DNA from: Tubiluchus corallicola
Lineage: Eukaryota; Animalia; Priapulida
DNA: 64,000 nt
Assembly: GCA_030141605.1 (NCBI GenBank)
Contig: JAQGDQ010000111.1
Coordinates: 248,001 to 312,000, forward strand
Reading direction: 5' to 3'
Program-made: the position numbers and the translations under genes
The notes under the pieces: model-generated
What the model saw: the letters and a program-made list of their open reading frames with translations, nothing else
The model's database searches: none
Told to the model about the DNA's origin: nothing
Part shown: one piece after another, positions 37,906 through 51,994 of the stretch
Position numbering within the stretch: the first letter of the stretch is position 1
Layout: each line of letters starts with the position of its first letter

Positions 37906-40739
37906 CGTGTCGGTCGTCATTCTCGGAATGAACAGCCAACGATAAAGTGCGATGGTTCTCAACTGGAAGAGTCCATTTGCAGCAGGTGCGTAAACGGCGC
38001 TCTGTCACTAAAAACAGTGAATTATTAGCAAAAAGTCACTGCATAAAATACATTTTGTGTGTGAGTGCAGAAATTACCGTAACAGACTACGTTCCACGGA
38101 ATTGTACATGGGAATGTAAAGGAACTTGCGCTTATACTGCTACGACAATATACTCTTTTATAATTTAGAGGTAGAAATTTGTCCAGTAATCACACATACT
38201 ATGTGTCATCCGAGTGCAATTTAAAAAAAATCATTTGTGCTTCTGCTTTTAATTGCGGGAGTATTTAATAATAAATTCTTGTTTCATTTCTCTGCCGAAG
38301 TTTTTTTTTCTTTGTTATCGCTTTCCGTTTGCCGTTTGGCACTATTTCAGACATGAAGATGTTAAGGAACACACCTTCAATAGATACTTATGCGCAAAGT
38401 AAGTGTTTAGTGTTTTGAATGTCATTCTTTTGATGGACCGTATGGACTACGTATTATAGCAGTTATGTATTGTGCTGATTTGTTATGACTTCTATTACCC
38501 TTTTTGTCAAGAACTAAATTGACTCATGTATTCTGATTTTATAATAAAGTTAAAAAATTAAACTGAAAAATGTTCTTTTTTGTTTTTTCTAAAGGGAAAG
38601 TCTCGAAAATTTAGTAGAGTAGCTTGGAAAGAATAAATTTAAGGTTTAGTGTTGCTGTACATCTACATATGATTCTATAGCTGCGATAAAATGAAGACAA
38701 CGACGACGAATTAAAACAACGACAATAATTATTAGCATAATATATACGTGGTTAGACGTCACATAATCGGTTAGTGCATTTATCTGCAAAAAATAACTTA
38801 TTTATTCTAATGACACATAGTTCAATACATCTTAGCCTATATGTGCACAATGTACAGTGGGGAAAAACCAGCTATATAACATTTACTACATCATAACGGG
38901 TTTTCCAAGAGAAATGCTTCTTGAACCTTTTTATGTAGTTCGATCTCGTGAAGTAATTTTCTAGCTAATTGCTGACTTAATGTACGGTAACCTAATGGTT
39001 TCACCTGGTTTTAATAGGCTGAATGCATTTTCTAATACTTTATACAGTAAGAAAGGTTTAGCAGTTTCACTTAACAATGACTAAATCATTTACAAGATTT
39101 AATGTAGTAAAAGGTTGAATAATTGTAGGTTGCGATTTATTAAAGGTTTTTCTGAGCATCCAATTCTGTTTCATAATCAAAAACTTTTCAAAACCTTACA
39201 ACCCATGACGTTCCTTCGCCCACAGGGTGAAGCTGCTGTTTTAGAACCTGTTTCTTTTGTAAAACGCATATAAAAAAATTAGCCAATTAAAATGAATCTG
39301 CTTATATTTTTAATCTATATATCTGCCTGCTATATTATGTTAATTAATTTCCAAATACAGCAAGAATTCGTAGCTGTATGTTTCATTGTCCTCTGTCGCA
39401 GATCGCTTCAAAGTTCATCTATATCCTTCTAAAAAGACTTGTTTCAAGTTGAACAAAGGCGGCTTACGGTTTATAAATGGTTAAATAGAAATGTTGGACC
39501 ACCTGCGTGGCTTTTGCAATGATATTACATTCCGAGTTCATCGAAATTTTCAAATGTCATTTTCAAATGTAAGGGCAAATCAAGTCTCCTGAGCACGTAT
39601 AGAGTCTTAAAAATCAATTTTCACTTCCCGCGACTTCCATGAACGGTTGGCAAAAATCACTTTTGTTTCCGTTAAATTTTGTTTGTTTTATCGCTTCGCC
39701 AATTCATTTCAGTTATTTGCACACGTAGTAATACAGTTTATAATTACATAAAAATATAAATTTGACAAGTGTAATAAAATATTTTTGTAGGATGACACAA
39801 TTCTTATAACTGATAGTTAGAAAGATAACATAATTGTAGAATGTTCTAGAAAGACTCGTCTGGAATGTTCCCTGGCACCCTATATAAGGCGAAGCTGAGA
39901 GACACATGCTGATTCGCACGGACACCACACTTACACATTCTCTTGTATACCTGTATTTTCTGATACACTCAAACACTTTCCAGATTTTCACGTTTAGTGT
40001 AATCATTTCACGTTCCTTCATACTTTTGTGTTGTAGAATTCTCGCTTAATAAACTAGTTTAATTTGACGAAGTGTTTTCTGGTTTTCTCTACGAGCCTTC
40101 CGAGAGAAACAAAACAACAATAATGACATGACAATTTACAAAAATTATAATACTCTTTTTTACATTTCACTGATACTGAGGTAGCAGCCACTACTTTTTG
40201 GTGTCTCACAGAGAACGTTTTCGGTATTATCGGTATATATATATGGCAATGAAAAATAAAATGTAGTTCATCTTATTCGTCTTCACCTTGATCGCTTTTA
40301 TCATAGAGTTATTTTCAGTTAAGGAGGTTGTGGTAGGACAAGAATCTAGTTTACTATCAAGGATAAACTGCTGAGAATAGGTATAGAATAGGCAGGGGTT
40401 TGGCAGTTTACGTACGCCTCACATGTGCCACTCGGCGAGCTTTTCCCTTCCGTCGTTAAAAATATTTGTAAAAAACATTGAGTAGTGAATACAATGCTCG
40501 ATACTGTTATGTATGTTCGAAATCAATGGGCTGTAGTTGCAGTCTTGAGTTTACTATATTTAAAATCTCGATTAAACAAGGTTGTTTCCCAGTTCTCACT
40601 CAAGTTCAGTATTTGGCAAGACGTCTTCTTAACTGTCTTTGAGAGTGGCCTTCAAACCCTTACCCTGATTTTATGACAAACTTAATAGTCAACACTTTGC
40701 CGTTGCTTGTTTAAGACAAAGTTTCTCAAATGGACAACC

Positions 40740-41170
40740 AATATTTTTTCCTGAAAAGGGAAAGCTGTTGCTTCTCAAACTTCTCAAATAGGACAATAAA
40801 TTTTTCGCATTAAACATGAACGGCGATTGTTTTTCGTAGAAAGACATAGTTATCTGGAACAGTTAGGATTGTATTGGTAGAGAGAGACACACTGTTTCTT
40901 CTTCAAGCATTACTTCTTTTTATATAACTGTTACTTACCACTTTAGGTTATATACACATATTTTTGAAAGAAACAGTCATCACTTCTCATTTAAGGAAAC
41001 AATCACATCACTGTTGTTCTTCAAAGGAACTGATCCCTATTTTCCTTAAAGGGAACAGTCGCATTACCTGTGTTAAGAGGTCTCTATTTCCTGCCAAACG
41101 GAACAGTGAATAATTCCTGAAAGGAGTCTGTGATTTCATTTTTGAGGGCACTTCCAAGAGTGCTTCACTT
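40740..41170. repeat. Degenerate tandem repeat (~25-30 bp, AAAGG(G)AACAGT core)
   Basis: Recurrent TTCCT(G/T)AAAGG, GAAACAGTC and GGAACAGT motifs. Confidence 0.5.
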
Positions 41171-42119
41171 GCTGTTTGAAAGATTGGCAGGTCTAAGGGA
41201 TCTACCTTTTATTTCAATCTTTACCAAATGTTTCAAGCGCTGTGTTGGGAAAATGACGTGTACCCAACTACCAACACTTAATGTGTTGTTTTTGTTTAGC
41301 TTGTTCCAGGTAGTGAGCTAGTCATACTAAGTACAACATACAGTCTAAACTTCCTGTCTCGGCACTGTCCATGTTGTCAAGAGCTTACAGAATCAACACA
41401 TTCAGCACATTTGAGTCGTATTTACGTTTCGTCGTCTGAGTCACTTGACTATTAAACAGGCAGTTTGGAAAACTACCTACATATCTGGTAAGTTGGCTAC
41501 CGTTTTTTCACTTTCTTTCTTTGTTTGTTTTTTTGCTGTATAGCTGTTGCATATGGAAGTTTTAAATATTGAATTAATACAGCATATTTCTGCAGCACTG
41601 TTTCTTCTGGAACACCATTTAGTATATATATGTGTTGTACATTAAATTTTCCAGGTTAAAGTATGATGAATTTTCGTATAGTTTAAAGATGGTACACGTA
41701 TGTAGGACTTGTATATATATGAAAAATATGAAAAGCGTTCATCTGCAGCATTTGTGCTCGTAAATAAGCTTTTTGCCTAAGAAAGAGCACTAGGTTGAGG
41801 ATCAGTTCAAATTAAACCTGCCTGTTCTTTGAAAGGCAGTATATAGCTTATTGGTTTTGCAAGACCAATGCAAACACGTAGATTTAAGTGTTCTGCAAAC
41901 CCGCATTCTAATTAAGCGCAAGTATACTCCTTTTGCCCTTGAAATAATTAATATTTATTGACTTCATCCTTTTTCATAATCAATGAACGAAGTTCTGCTA
42001 GATACAGCTGCCATTGCTGATCATTTGTTTGCATTATTCTTATTATCGACTTTCAGCTGTCAGTTACCCTTACCTTTCTTACCCTTTTCGAAAAGAATCA
42101 TTATCTATTGTTTTTGCCT

Positions 42120-42290
42120 TCCCTTCCCCCCTCTCTCCCCCTTTCTCTCTCTATCTCTGTCTCTCTCTCTCTCTCTCTATCTGTCTGTCTGTCACTCTTG
42201 CCCGCCTCCTGTCTGTCTCTCACTCTTGCCCTCTTCTCTACCGCCCTCCCGCCTCCTCCCTCCCTCTCTCTCCTCCCTCTCTGTTCCTCT
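42120..42290 (+). repeat. CT-rich low-complexity tract
   Basis: Directly visible. Confidence 0.9.
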
Positions 42291-43271
42291 GACTATCACT
42301 CACTCACTAATTCTCAGTCATACAACAGGGCTTCTTATGCAGAGCTCGTTGGGGTTTCATTTTCCCATCACTACTTTTATTGTCTTTCTCCCAGCTTTGC
42401 AATTAATCAGCATCCAGAATGCCCGTAAATTATCATTAACTCTGCCGTCTGATGGCAACCTTACCCACTTTGCTAACAAAGTAATCCCGTTGCAACGTCT
42501 ATTAGTCATTTATGAGTCTTGATAAGTATAGTGCTCACTTAACCTTCTTTGCTTTTGTGTGGGTGATTGTTTGCAGTTATTGTTACCGACTTTTCACAAA
42601 GGTTGAAATGTACTGGGTCTCTCAAAAGTCAATGTACATTTTGCGGTTTTTAACAAACTAGCTGTAAAAGAAAGTATTTTAAAACAGCCACAGGTTAATA
42701 ATAATAATAATGGTGACCCAATTAAAGCTTAAATACCAATAGCATTCTTACACTGCTTTTGATTTCTGGCAGAGCTTGCCAAATTGGAGGAAAATTTGAA
42801 AAGAAAAACATGCTTCGGTATGTATATTGTGTTGTTATATTGTCTTTTGAGACACCTGATTCCAGTTCCAGTTTAATTTGTGCACTCAGAGGACTCGGGT
42901 GGGAGACGAATCACCCATCTTTCGATGTAAATCAACTGCAAGAAGACAAAAGTTACTGTTTAAAATTTTAAATTCCGGTGGTAACTACTGTGCCTTGTGT
43001 GCTGTAATTATATGTTGCTGCGTTTACTTGCTAAGTTCTGTGTCGGTTTTCACACTAGTTTTCTTTTAAAAGATGCGCATTCCAAATGCTGAAATTTAAT
43101 TGAACGTGAAAGACTAGTGTTGATTTGATTACATTTTTTAACCTAGGGCTTTTTCTTTTGTACCTATAGGGGAAATGAATTACTATATTTTTCATGCGGA
43201 ATGTGCCGCAGTACTCCCATAAGAATGTCTGAGATCAGCAAAATGTGGGCTGAAGAATTTGTACTGAAGAT

Positions 43272-43446
43272 TTTCTCTCTTTCTTTGTCTCTTTCTCTCT
43301 GTCTCTCTTCCCTTCTCCCTCCCATCTTCCCTTCTGTTTTTCTTCTGCATCGCATCCACGACCATCAATATTTATCACCTGCGCTCTATTCTCTCCCCCC
43401 TGTCTTTCTCTCTCTCTCTCCCTGTCTTTCTCTCTCTCTCCCCCCC

Positions 43447-43502
<56 letters not shown>

Positions 43503-43620
43503 TTTTTTCTCTCTCTCTTCTAACTGTCATCCTATATTTATTTCTTCAATCGTTATTTTTCTCCTTTTCTCCTTCTCGTTCTCTCCCCATTTCTTTTCCT
43601 GTCCTTCTCTTTTTCTTCTG
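43272..43620 (+). repeat. (CT)n / CT-rich tract
   Basis: Directly visible. Confidence 0.9.
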
Positions 43621-44436
43621 AACCGCGCCGACAACACTATTTATCACCTGCTGCTCCAGCCTACTCACATCTTCTCACATTTCGGAAGAAACCTTTTAAA
43701 CCTTGTATTGCCTCTATAACACGCTCGCCTTTACATTTACTCAGCCTACACCCACATTCCCATTTCCTTTATATTAGCCCTATTACAAACGCCTACAATA
43801 ATAATGTATCCCATACATTACTGCCTTTGCAATATGCAAAAAATTGCCCTGGAGAAAAGAATACGTATTTGTTCTGATTACGTATGTATGTATATATGCT
43901 TTCAGAAATAAAACGCTGGCTGGTTTGGCTTCGTTGATAACAATGCAGGTGCAAGCGCACATAAGAGTTGCATTCATATAAACTTACAGAAGAAATGAAG
44001 ACCGTTTTCTTGGGTGCAGAATAGCGCTCCCACGTAGATACGGAAAGAAAAACGGAATAGCCACACAAATCCTGTTTTGATGTTGCCCGTAAATCCTGAT
44101 CTTGATATTTTTTGCAGTTTTCGTTTAACTTTGTTTTTCTCTGCCTTCTTGTGTTCCTTATCTTTCTTCTGCTTGTATTTTTCGTCTTTTTGCAGTTACC
44201 TCTTAGATTCAGTTAGCTCTAATATTACTCTGTCTCCTATTCCGTTTTGTTTTCTTTCTCTTTTTTCACATTCTGCTTTTAATTGTTTGACTTTTCTTCC
44301 GTCTCGTTAACTGCTTCTTTTTTATTTTGTATTCATTAGACGACGTCAGCGTTGGTTGCTGTTTCTTTTCGCATAACGAATCAGAATCAAAAGTGATGCA
44401 GCTAATCAGAAGTGATGCAGCAAACTTGATCCACTT

Positions 44437-45830
44437 GTGCTGTGTGATCATAATAAGCATCTGTCCGTTTGTGTTGCATGAACATAATAAGCATCTGTCC
44501 GTTTGTGCTACATGAACATAATAAGCATCTGTCCGTTTGTGCTGTGTGAACATAATGAGCATCTGTCTGTTTGTGCTGCGTGAACATAATGAGCATCTGT
44601 CCGTTTGTGCTGTGTGAACATAATAAGCATCTGTCCGTTTGTGTTGCATGAACATAATAAGCATCTGTCCGTTTGTGCTGTGTGAACATAATGAGCATCT
44701 GTCCGTTTGTGCTGTGTGAACATAATGAGCATCTGTCCGTTTGTGCTGTGTGAACATAATAAGCATCTGTCCGTTTGTGCTGCATGAACATAATAAGCAT
44801 CTGTCCGTTTGTGCTGTGTGAACATAATGAGCATCTGTCCGTTTGTGTTGCATGAACATAATAAGCATCTGTCCATTTGTGTTGCATGAACATAATAAGC
44901 ATCTGTCCGTTTGTGCTGCATGAACATAATAAGCATCTGTCCGTTTGTGCTGTGTGGACATAATGAGCATCTGTCCGTTTGTGCTGTGTGAACATAATGA
45001 GCATCTGTCCGTTTGTGCTGTGTGAACATAATAAGCATCTGTCCGTTTGTGCTGCATGAACATAATAAGCATCTGTCCGTTTGTGCTGTGTGAACATAAC
45101 GAGCATCTGTCTGTTTATGCTGCGTGAACATAATAAGCATCTGCCTGTTTGTGCTGCATGAACTTAATAAGCATCTGTCCGTTTGTGCTGCATGAACATA
45201 ATAAGCATCTGTCCGTTTGTGCTGCATGAACATAATAAGCATCTGTCCGTTTGTGCTGCATGAACATAATAACTATCTGTCTGTTTGTGCTGCATGAACA
45301 TAATAAGCATCTGTCCGTATGTGCTGTGTGAACGTAATAAGCATCTGTCCGTTTGTGCTGCATGAACATAATGAGCATCTGTCCGTTTTTGCTGCATGAA
45401 CATAATAAGTATCTGTCTGTTTGTGCTGCGTGAACATAATAAGCATCTGTCCGTTTTTGCTGCATGAACATAATAAGCATCTGTCCGTTTTTGCTGCATG
45501 AACATAATAAGCATCTGTCCGTTTTTGCTGCATGAACATAATAAGCATCTGTCCGTTTTTGCTGCATGAACATAATAAGCATCTGTCCGTTTTTGCTGCA
45601 TGAACATAATAAGCATCTGTCCGTTTTTGCTGCATGAACATAATAAGCATCTGTCCGTTTTTGCTGCATGAACATAATAAGCATCTGTCCGTTTTTGCTG
45701 CATGAACATAATAAGCATCTGTCCGTTTTTGCTGTATGAACATAATAAGCATCTGTCCGTTTTTGCTGCATGAACATAATAAGCATCTGTCCGTTTTTGC
45801 TGTATGAACATAATAAGCATCTGTTCGTTT
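44437..45830. repeat. 34-bp minisatellite (GCATCTGTCCGTTTGTGCTGCATGAACATAATAA), ~41 copies
   Basis: Directly visible head-to-tail units with no spacers. Confidence 0.98.
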
Positions 45831-46479
45831 TCTGTATCATCCTTCTGGAAGATGAGTCTGTTTTATAACTTGCTTTTTGCAATCAACTCTTCTTCAGCCA
45901 GCAGAGCGAGGCATTCCTCCCCTCTTTTCATTATTTGTTTGTTTCTTTCTTTCTTTTTTCTTTTTTATTTTTTCCTTCTGCGTTCGTTGTTTCATTTTCC
46001 TTCGTGTTTTTCTTTCTTTCTCTCTCTCTCTCTCTCTTTCTCTTTCTCATTCTCTTTTTCGTCCACGTCGCGTTTTGTGTTCTGTACTGAACATTAACTA
46101 ATCATTTAAATAATTAGTTATTTTTTCCTTTAATACTGACCTGCGTTTCTTTTGTTTTGTATAGGAAGGGCTGAAAGTTAATTATTAGACTGTAGAAATC
46201 ACAGAGAGGCAATTAACACCCTGTTACATCTCACTCCCCCTTTCTGTCGGCTCATCAAAGGCTTGCCTGATTGGGAAGCTGGCAGCAGCCTGCCACTTAT
46301 CGCTGTTATAACAGATAAAGAATAGAGGCCGAATAGCTTTGGTGCATCAACAGACTTGTAACCATTATAACAATGACGCCTGATCAGTTGCTATTCATCA
46401 ATTAAGGAGTAATATAAAAAAGCCTAATGCAGTGCATTTCTTTTGCTTTTACTTTTTGCCTTTTTTGCCCCTCTCGCTC

Positions 46480-46525
46480 TGTCTCTCTTTCTTTCCCTCT
46501 CCCTCCCTCACACACACTCTCTCTT

Positions 46526-46570
<45 letters not shown>

Positions 46571-46722
46571 CCATTTCTCTTTTTCTTCTCTCTGCATCTT
46601 TCCGTTCCTTCTTTCTGTCACTCACACTTACACAAACATGTGCACCCATGTCCAGACACAAACACGCTTTCTCTTTCTTTTTTCCACTCTTCCACCCGCC
46701 TCTCTCTCTCTCTCTTCCCTCC

Positions 46723-46795
<73 letters not shown>

Positions 46796-47070
46796 TCACT
46801 GTCCATTTCTCTTTTTCCCCCTCTCTCTTCCCTCCCTCACTCTCTCTTTCTCTCTCTCTCTCTCTGTCCATTTCTCTTTTTCCCCCTCTCTGCATTTTTC
46901 TTTCCGTTCCTTTCTTCTATCTTTCACTCACACCTGCACACACATGTGCATCCATGTCCAGTTTTTATCCACTCTTTCTTTCTTTTTTCTTACTTACTCC
47001 TTCCATCCGTGCCTCTCTCTCTCTCTCTTTCCTATATTCTCTCTATATATATAGCTCTCTTTCTTTCTGC
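46480..47070 (+). repeat. (CT)n tracts within an imperfect ~300-bp tandem duplication
   Basis: CCATTTCTCTTTT...TTCCGTTCCTT...CACTCACAC...ACATGTGCA(C/T)CCATGTCCAG occurs at ~46570-46655 and ~46868-46961. Confidence 0.85.
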
Positions 47071-47259
47071 CTTTCTCTCTTATTACCTTTCCTTGCCTTA
47101 AAATTTTTTCTTCTTTGTCTTTGTAAAATGTCTTCCTTTCCCCCTTTCTGCGCTTCTTATATTACTGTCCAATACTTGACCCACTCCATGATGACCAGCC
47201 ACCAGGCTTATCAATTATCAGCAATACTGTAAGTCATAGCTTTGTTCAGCGCTCTCGTG

Positions 47260-47301
47260 CTGACCCGAACATGTCAAACCCTGACCCGAACATGTCAAAC
47301 C
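47260..47301. repeat. Perfect 21-bp tandem duplication CTGACCCGAACATGTCAAACC x2
   Basis: Directly visible. Confidence 0.9.
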
Positions 47302-48757
47302 TGCTTACAAATTTGCTGGTATATAACAAAAGCCAACCGTGTAAACTTTAGACAAATTTAAAACGATACAAAATAATGATTACTAATAACTGCTCTAGTG
47401 CCTCTGTTAGTTGATACATACATTTCTAGCTATCAGCAATCAGAGTGAAGTTATATGTATTGAATGAAACTTGGTCCAAAGCTTGCTAGGAACTGACATG
47501 AACAGTAGTGTAATGGGAGCTGGCAGTTTTAATGCGGTTCGTTAGGCAATTTGTGTTGGTCTGAGAGCTCGGAGGAGACGCTCTAAATTGTAGTCTATCA
47601 AAGTTCTATCGTTAACTAATGATTTGTGAACTCATTTTGGTTTGAGAAAGCACGGCGTATAAGATAATCCGCTTGTCAAGTAGGTGATTTTTATTTTCAG
47701 TTGCGCGATTGTATCGTTCGTTTTTTTTCACCCAAATGTCAGTTTGTCGAATATTTTTTCAAATTTACTTTGAATAGATGCCCGTTCGTTTTTCTGTCGA
47801 ACTTTTCATGCTTTGTTTATGTTTTCATCTTGTTTGTGTCAACCGTGTCACCTACTAGAATAAGTTATGATAATTTGCATTAAAAAATCCTTTTTGCGTA
47901 TGATAGTGTGCATCTACAATTGTACCATCATCAGATTGTTAGTGATTATACTTTGTTGAAATATAACATTGCAGCTCTGAGATCAAATAATAAAACATTT
48001 AAGCCTCATGAATTTGTTTATTTCTAATAAGTTTTTAATTACATTTGCAGTATGGTACAATAAACTAATAATATCTAAATCTCTCTCTTTTTTACAAATG
48101 TCTTATACAAAACGCTAGTATACATTTATAAATATCAATATTAAAATTTCACACGAATAATAATAATAATAATAATAATGATAATAATAATTAATTTGAC
48201 TACTTATTTGCAATATCGCACCACAAAAATCCATTGTAACTTTTCGGAATATTTATATAATCAGTGAACATTGAAGTATCCAAAGCTTTTATTCTACTCA
48301 GTTCATAAGCATAATTTTTGAGATGTTTGAAAGTAAATAAGAACTCGATTAACCGAAGTAAACTGAACTAAAAGTATTCACGAGATACGATATGACAATA
48401 TATGCAACAAGTAAGTGTGTTAAAATGATAGACGTGGTTATAAAAATTCAAAACAAAAAGTTGGTTTTTAGCATATTCTTGTGGTTGCATATTTTTTTGA
48501 GTTTAGGACGATATGTCTTTGTCAAATTTATCTCTTTGACTGAGTTCAAGTTTGTCTTTGGTTACAGTGATTACATCTTTTTTGAGTTAAAGTTCATTTC
48601 TTTAGCTTTGGTTAGATCTTTAGTTTAAACATCATCAAGCATCACGTTGACTGAGTCAAAAATTTTATTCTTTGTTAACTTCAAACTTCGAATGCACATT
48701 TGGTTGAGACGTCTTTTTGTCCTCGGTTGATAAGTTTTCGTTGGTGTTAGTAGAACT

Positions 48758-51700
48758 TTAGTATGTTCTGGATAGGAGAGAGAGCGCTGGAACCTGTGGA
48801 AGAGGCCTGAATGGGATTTTATAAGGCGGCAGATGGGTGTTAACGTATAAGGGAGAAGTGATGGGGGAAGAGGGGAGAGAAATCGGCGACGTTCGTAAAT
48901 GTGGTGGCATTCTTGGTGAAGGTCTCAAAAGTGGAGATGCTTTTGGTGTTGATGCTCGTGGTGTAGTTGACTCTGCTGATGACAGTGGTGATGTTGGTGG
49001 TGTTGATGATGGTGACGATGTGTGGCTGTAACTCGGTGAGGCCCTGTGTGGCTTGACTGGCAATGGTACTAACGGTTGAATTGATGTCGGTCGCTTCAGA
49101 TTTGGGTAGAGTACTCCGGGAAATTGAGCAAACGGTGGAACCAGCAAAAAGGAACTCCTCTTTTCGTCTTTCTTCTCCAGGTACGGCATCGATGGCAGTG
49201 GTCGCATTTCTGGCGGCAAGTACGGTACCACACTTGGCGAATTCGGTATGAGCACTTCAGTCATTGGTACATAAGGTGCAGTGCTACTACACGTTGTGTT
49301 GTTTTTCTTTGGTGACACCAGATGGGCCTTGTTGTTGCTAACTCGCTTCTGCCTTGCCCTTTGATTTTGGAACCATGTCTGCAAGAAAAGCAATTTATTA
49401 GCTAAGATACATAATTGCATTATTGGATAGGTCTTTTTAATGAAACTGCATCACAAATGATCAACATAGTCTTATTACATCAGTGCTAAAAAGATTAATA
49501 AAATAAAACTGATTTAATTACGCATTCTGTTTGCTGATTTGACAAAATAAACTTTGCATAGTTAAGGAAAAATCATTTATTAGAAAATGAAATGCAATTT
49601 TGATGTTGTTCTAATTTCTGAAGCCAGAAAAATCATATAAAAATTACTCTCTGGAATGTATCATACCAAGTGTGAGCAAAAAGTGCACAAATGTTAAAAA
49701 ATCCATTTATGAAATATTTAAGGTGTTGTGCTCATATTAATAATATTTAAAGGTACACCATTTGATAAGTGTTATTTTCTTGACAATATGTGACGCCACA
49801 TGTATTGCATATTGTTCATACTATGGTGTTAACAGCAGTTGTGTCGCTTCGGCTCTTGTATCTTAATTTTTGTTGTTAGTAAGCCTAATAAATATTGTTT
49901 GACAACTGTGGAGTAGTTGATGTGAACACGACACAACTATGTGAACAACATATCACATGTGAACAGAAATAATTATTTACCTGTAAAGTTTTCATACTGA
50001 GGTTTAACTCAGTAGCCAACTTTTCCAATTCTCCCCTATCCGGGTACTGATTCCCCGCATAGTACGCCTCCAACTGGCCCACCTGTTTGGGGCAGAAGTG
50101 GGTGCGGGAACGACGAGTCTGACTCAGGGGCATCCCATTCCTGCTGGGAATCTCAGAATGCCTTGGTGACCCAATGAGTGAGCTGACGTCCGAACCTGCG
50201 AGAATAAAAATTTTAAGCTTTCTATTTAAAACAATATAATAATAATACATATGAAATATAATAATATTGTTAATAATAGTCATATTACTATATCGTAATA
50301 CTTATTATAACGCATTGGCATATAATAGCGATTTTAATAATTATTAGCTGACAGCGTGGTTAAGTGATTTACTTTTAATTTTCCATGCGTTTTGAAGTCT
50401 AAGCTAATACCCATTATTTTATTATTTATTATTATTAAGAACATATATAAACGATATATTAATTTATAAAAGATGAGAATGGCAGGCTGTGTTAGCTCTT
50501 AGGCCAGCCTATATTGTGGAGTGTCAAAATTAAAATACATCAGTTTATAATGGATAAAATTCACATTACTTGCATTAAAAATATGATGAAATAAAAGGTC
50601 AATAAAATATATACAAATTCTAAATTTATCAGAATTGCAAGAGATCATTGAACTAGCGCAATAATGTTTTTATAAAAATCTCTTAAATTTGCAATATTTT
50701 GAATGTTAGTTATAAAATGTTATAAAAAAATAATATATTTTACCGAAAGAAATTTAATAACTATTTAATTAATGGACATAAACTTGAAATATTAAATTTA
50801 GTAAATGTCGGAGGAATTTCTTTAATATTCTTGATACCACTGAGCTTGAATACTCTTTGAATTTACTTGCTAAACTCTACTTTTCTTTCTGTGAAAGGGT
50901 TGAGCTATTAAGTGACATACGAGGAATTAATAATTAGAGTAAACTCATGAAACCTTAGGACTTCTATAATGATCTAATCAGGCTAATGCATGTTTATCAA
51001 TTCCAAGAAGCGAAATAATTGTAACTGCAAAAATGTTGCAGTGAAATAAGATTATTTGCGCAGTTTTGTATTCTGCTAAACCCAGTGCTCCATGGCAAGA
51101 GATGATTGTGGCTTGGACCAGAATGTAGCTCATTGTCATTAATAATTCCTTAAGATGTGGAAAAATTATTAAGGTGGACTGCTAAATCTCAGAACTCTTT
51201 AGTAAAGACTATTTAAGCCAAAAAATTATAAATTCATTTCATTTCAGTTTATAGTGCAGATATGCAATTAACATCACAGACATTGGCAAGTACAAAATGA
51301 AAAAATATGTACATGTAAAACTACAGATTGCTATTATATATATAAAGAAAAATTGACGTGCTGCTACTTAGTTATACTAGCTATTACTATTAATGCAACG
51401 ACGATACACGATGGAAGTTATTAATTTTAATAAGTTTCTGTCAGATTAGTAGTTAAAATTATTTTAATTAATTGGATATCCTAAATGAAGAAGTCGGCTT
51501 TTTAAACTTAAAAAATTATCAGTTGACTAAATTTGTAACATATACTGATCATTAAATGGTAAAATAGTAAAAAAACGGTTTTCTAACTTAAATTAAAAAC
51601 TTGATCAATAATATTGACTCGTAAATTGTTGGCTGATATATCAATTAATATTGTTTATTCATTAAGTTAGTTACATTAGTTTGTTAATGAGCTACACTAA

Positions 51701-51917
51701 TTGAATTGCAAATATTTAATTATTAATTCTGTCTAAACGGGTGACTCTTATTATTCATTAAGTTATAGTAATATCGATTAAGAAACCATAAAATGTATTT
51801 ACCACATTCGTCTGAGTCGTTTATGGAACCTCCCAATCCTTCGTCATCGCTGTCGTCATCAACAACGTTGACATACTCGTCGTCACTTTCTAATTGCTCT
51901 TTATCCTGCCACACCAT
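48758..51917 (-). CDS. Divergent PRD-class (Q50) homeobox transcription factor, 316 aa, 3 exons
   Basis: Exons 51803-51917, 49981-50195, 48758-49378 (GT-AG, phases 1 and 0, 951 nt). Homeodomain TRRSRTHFCPKQVGQLEAYYAGNQYPDRGELEKLATELNLSMKTLQ|TWFQNQRARQKRVS, with the intron between codons 46/47 typical of PRD class; acidic N-terminus, Pro/Ser-rich C-terminus. Confidence 0.92.
50460..51200 (-). mobile_element. Possible highly decayed LINE 3' remnant in homeobox intron 1
   Basis: Only fragmentary resemblance to RT C-terminal peptides on the minus strand plus a T-rich UTR-like tail. Confidence 0.25.
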
Positions 51918-51994
51918 CTCTCAATCCTTCAATATTCTATCAATAAGCTAATCAATAAATCAAGATACGACGTTCACCGCTCTGACGCTGCGTG

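Noticed and set aside
44266-45882. Long minus-strand ORFs (160-270 aa) and a CRISPR-like 34-bp period
   Set aside because: Pure head-to-tail minisatellite without unique spacers in a eukaryotic context; the ORFs only reflect a unit lacking stops on one strand.
47260-47301. Two p53-like half-sites (GAACATGTCA)
   Set aside because: Imperfect matches created by a simple 21-bp duplication, spaced 11 bp apart.
48758-50195. Assigning the homeobox to a named family (Otx, Alx, Dux, pmar1/Phb, Hopx)
   Set aside because: Diagnostic residues do not match any one family from memory; needs phylogeny.
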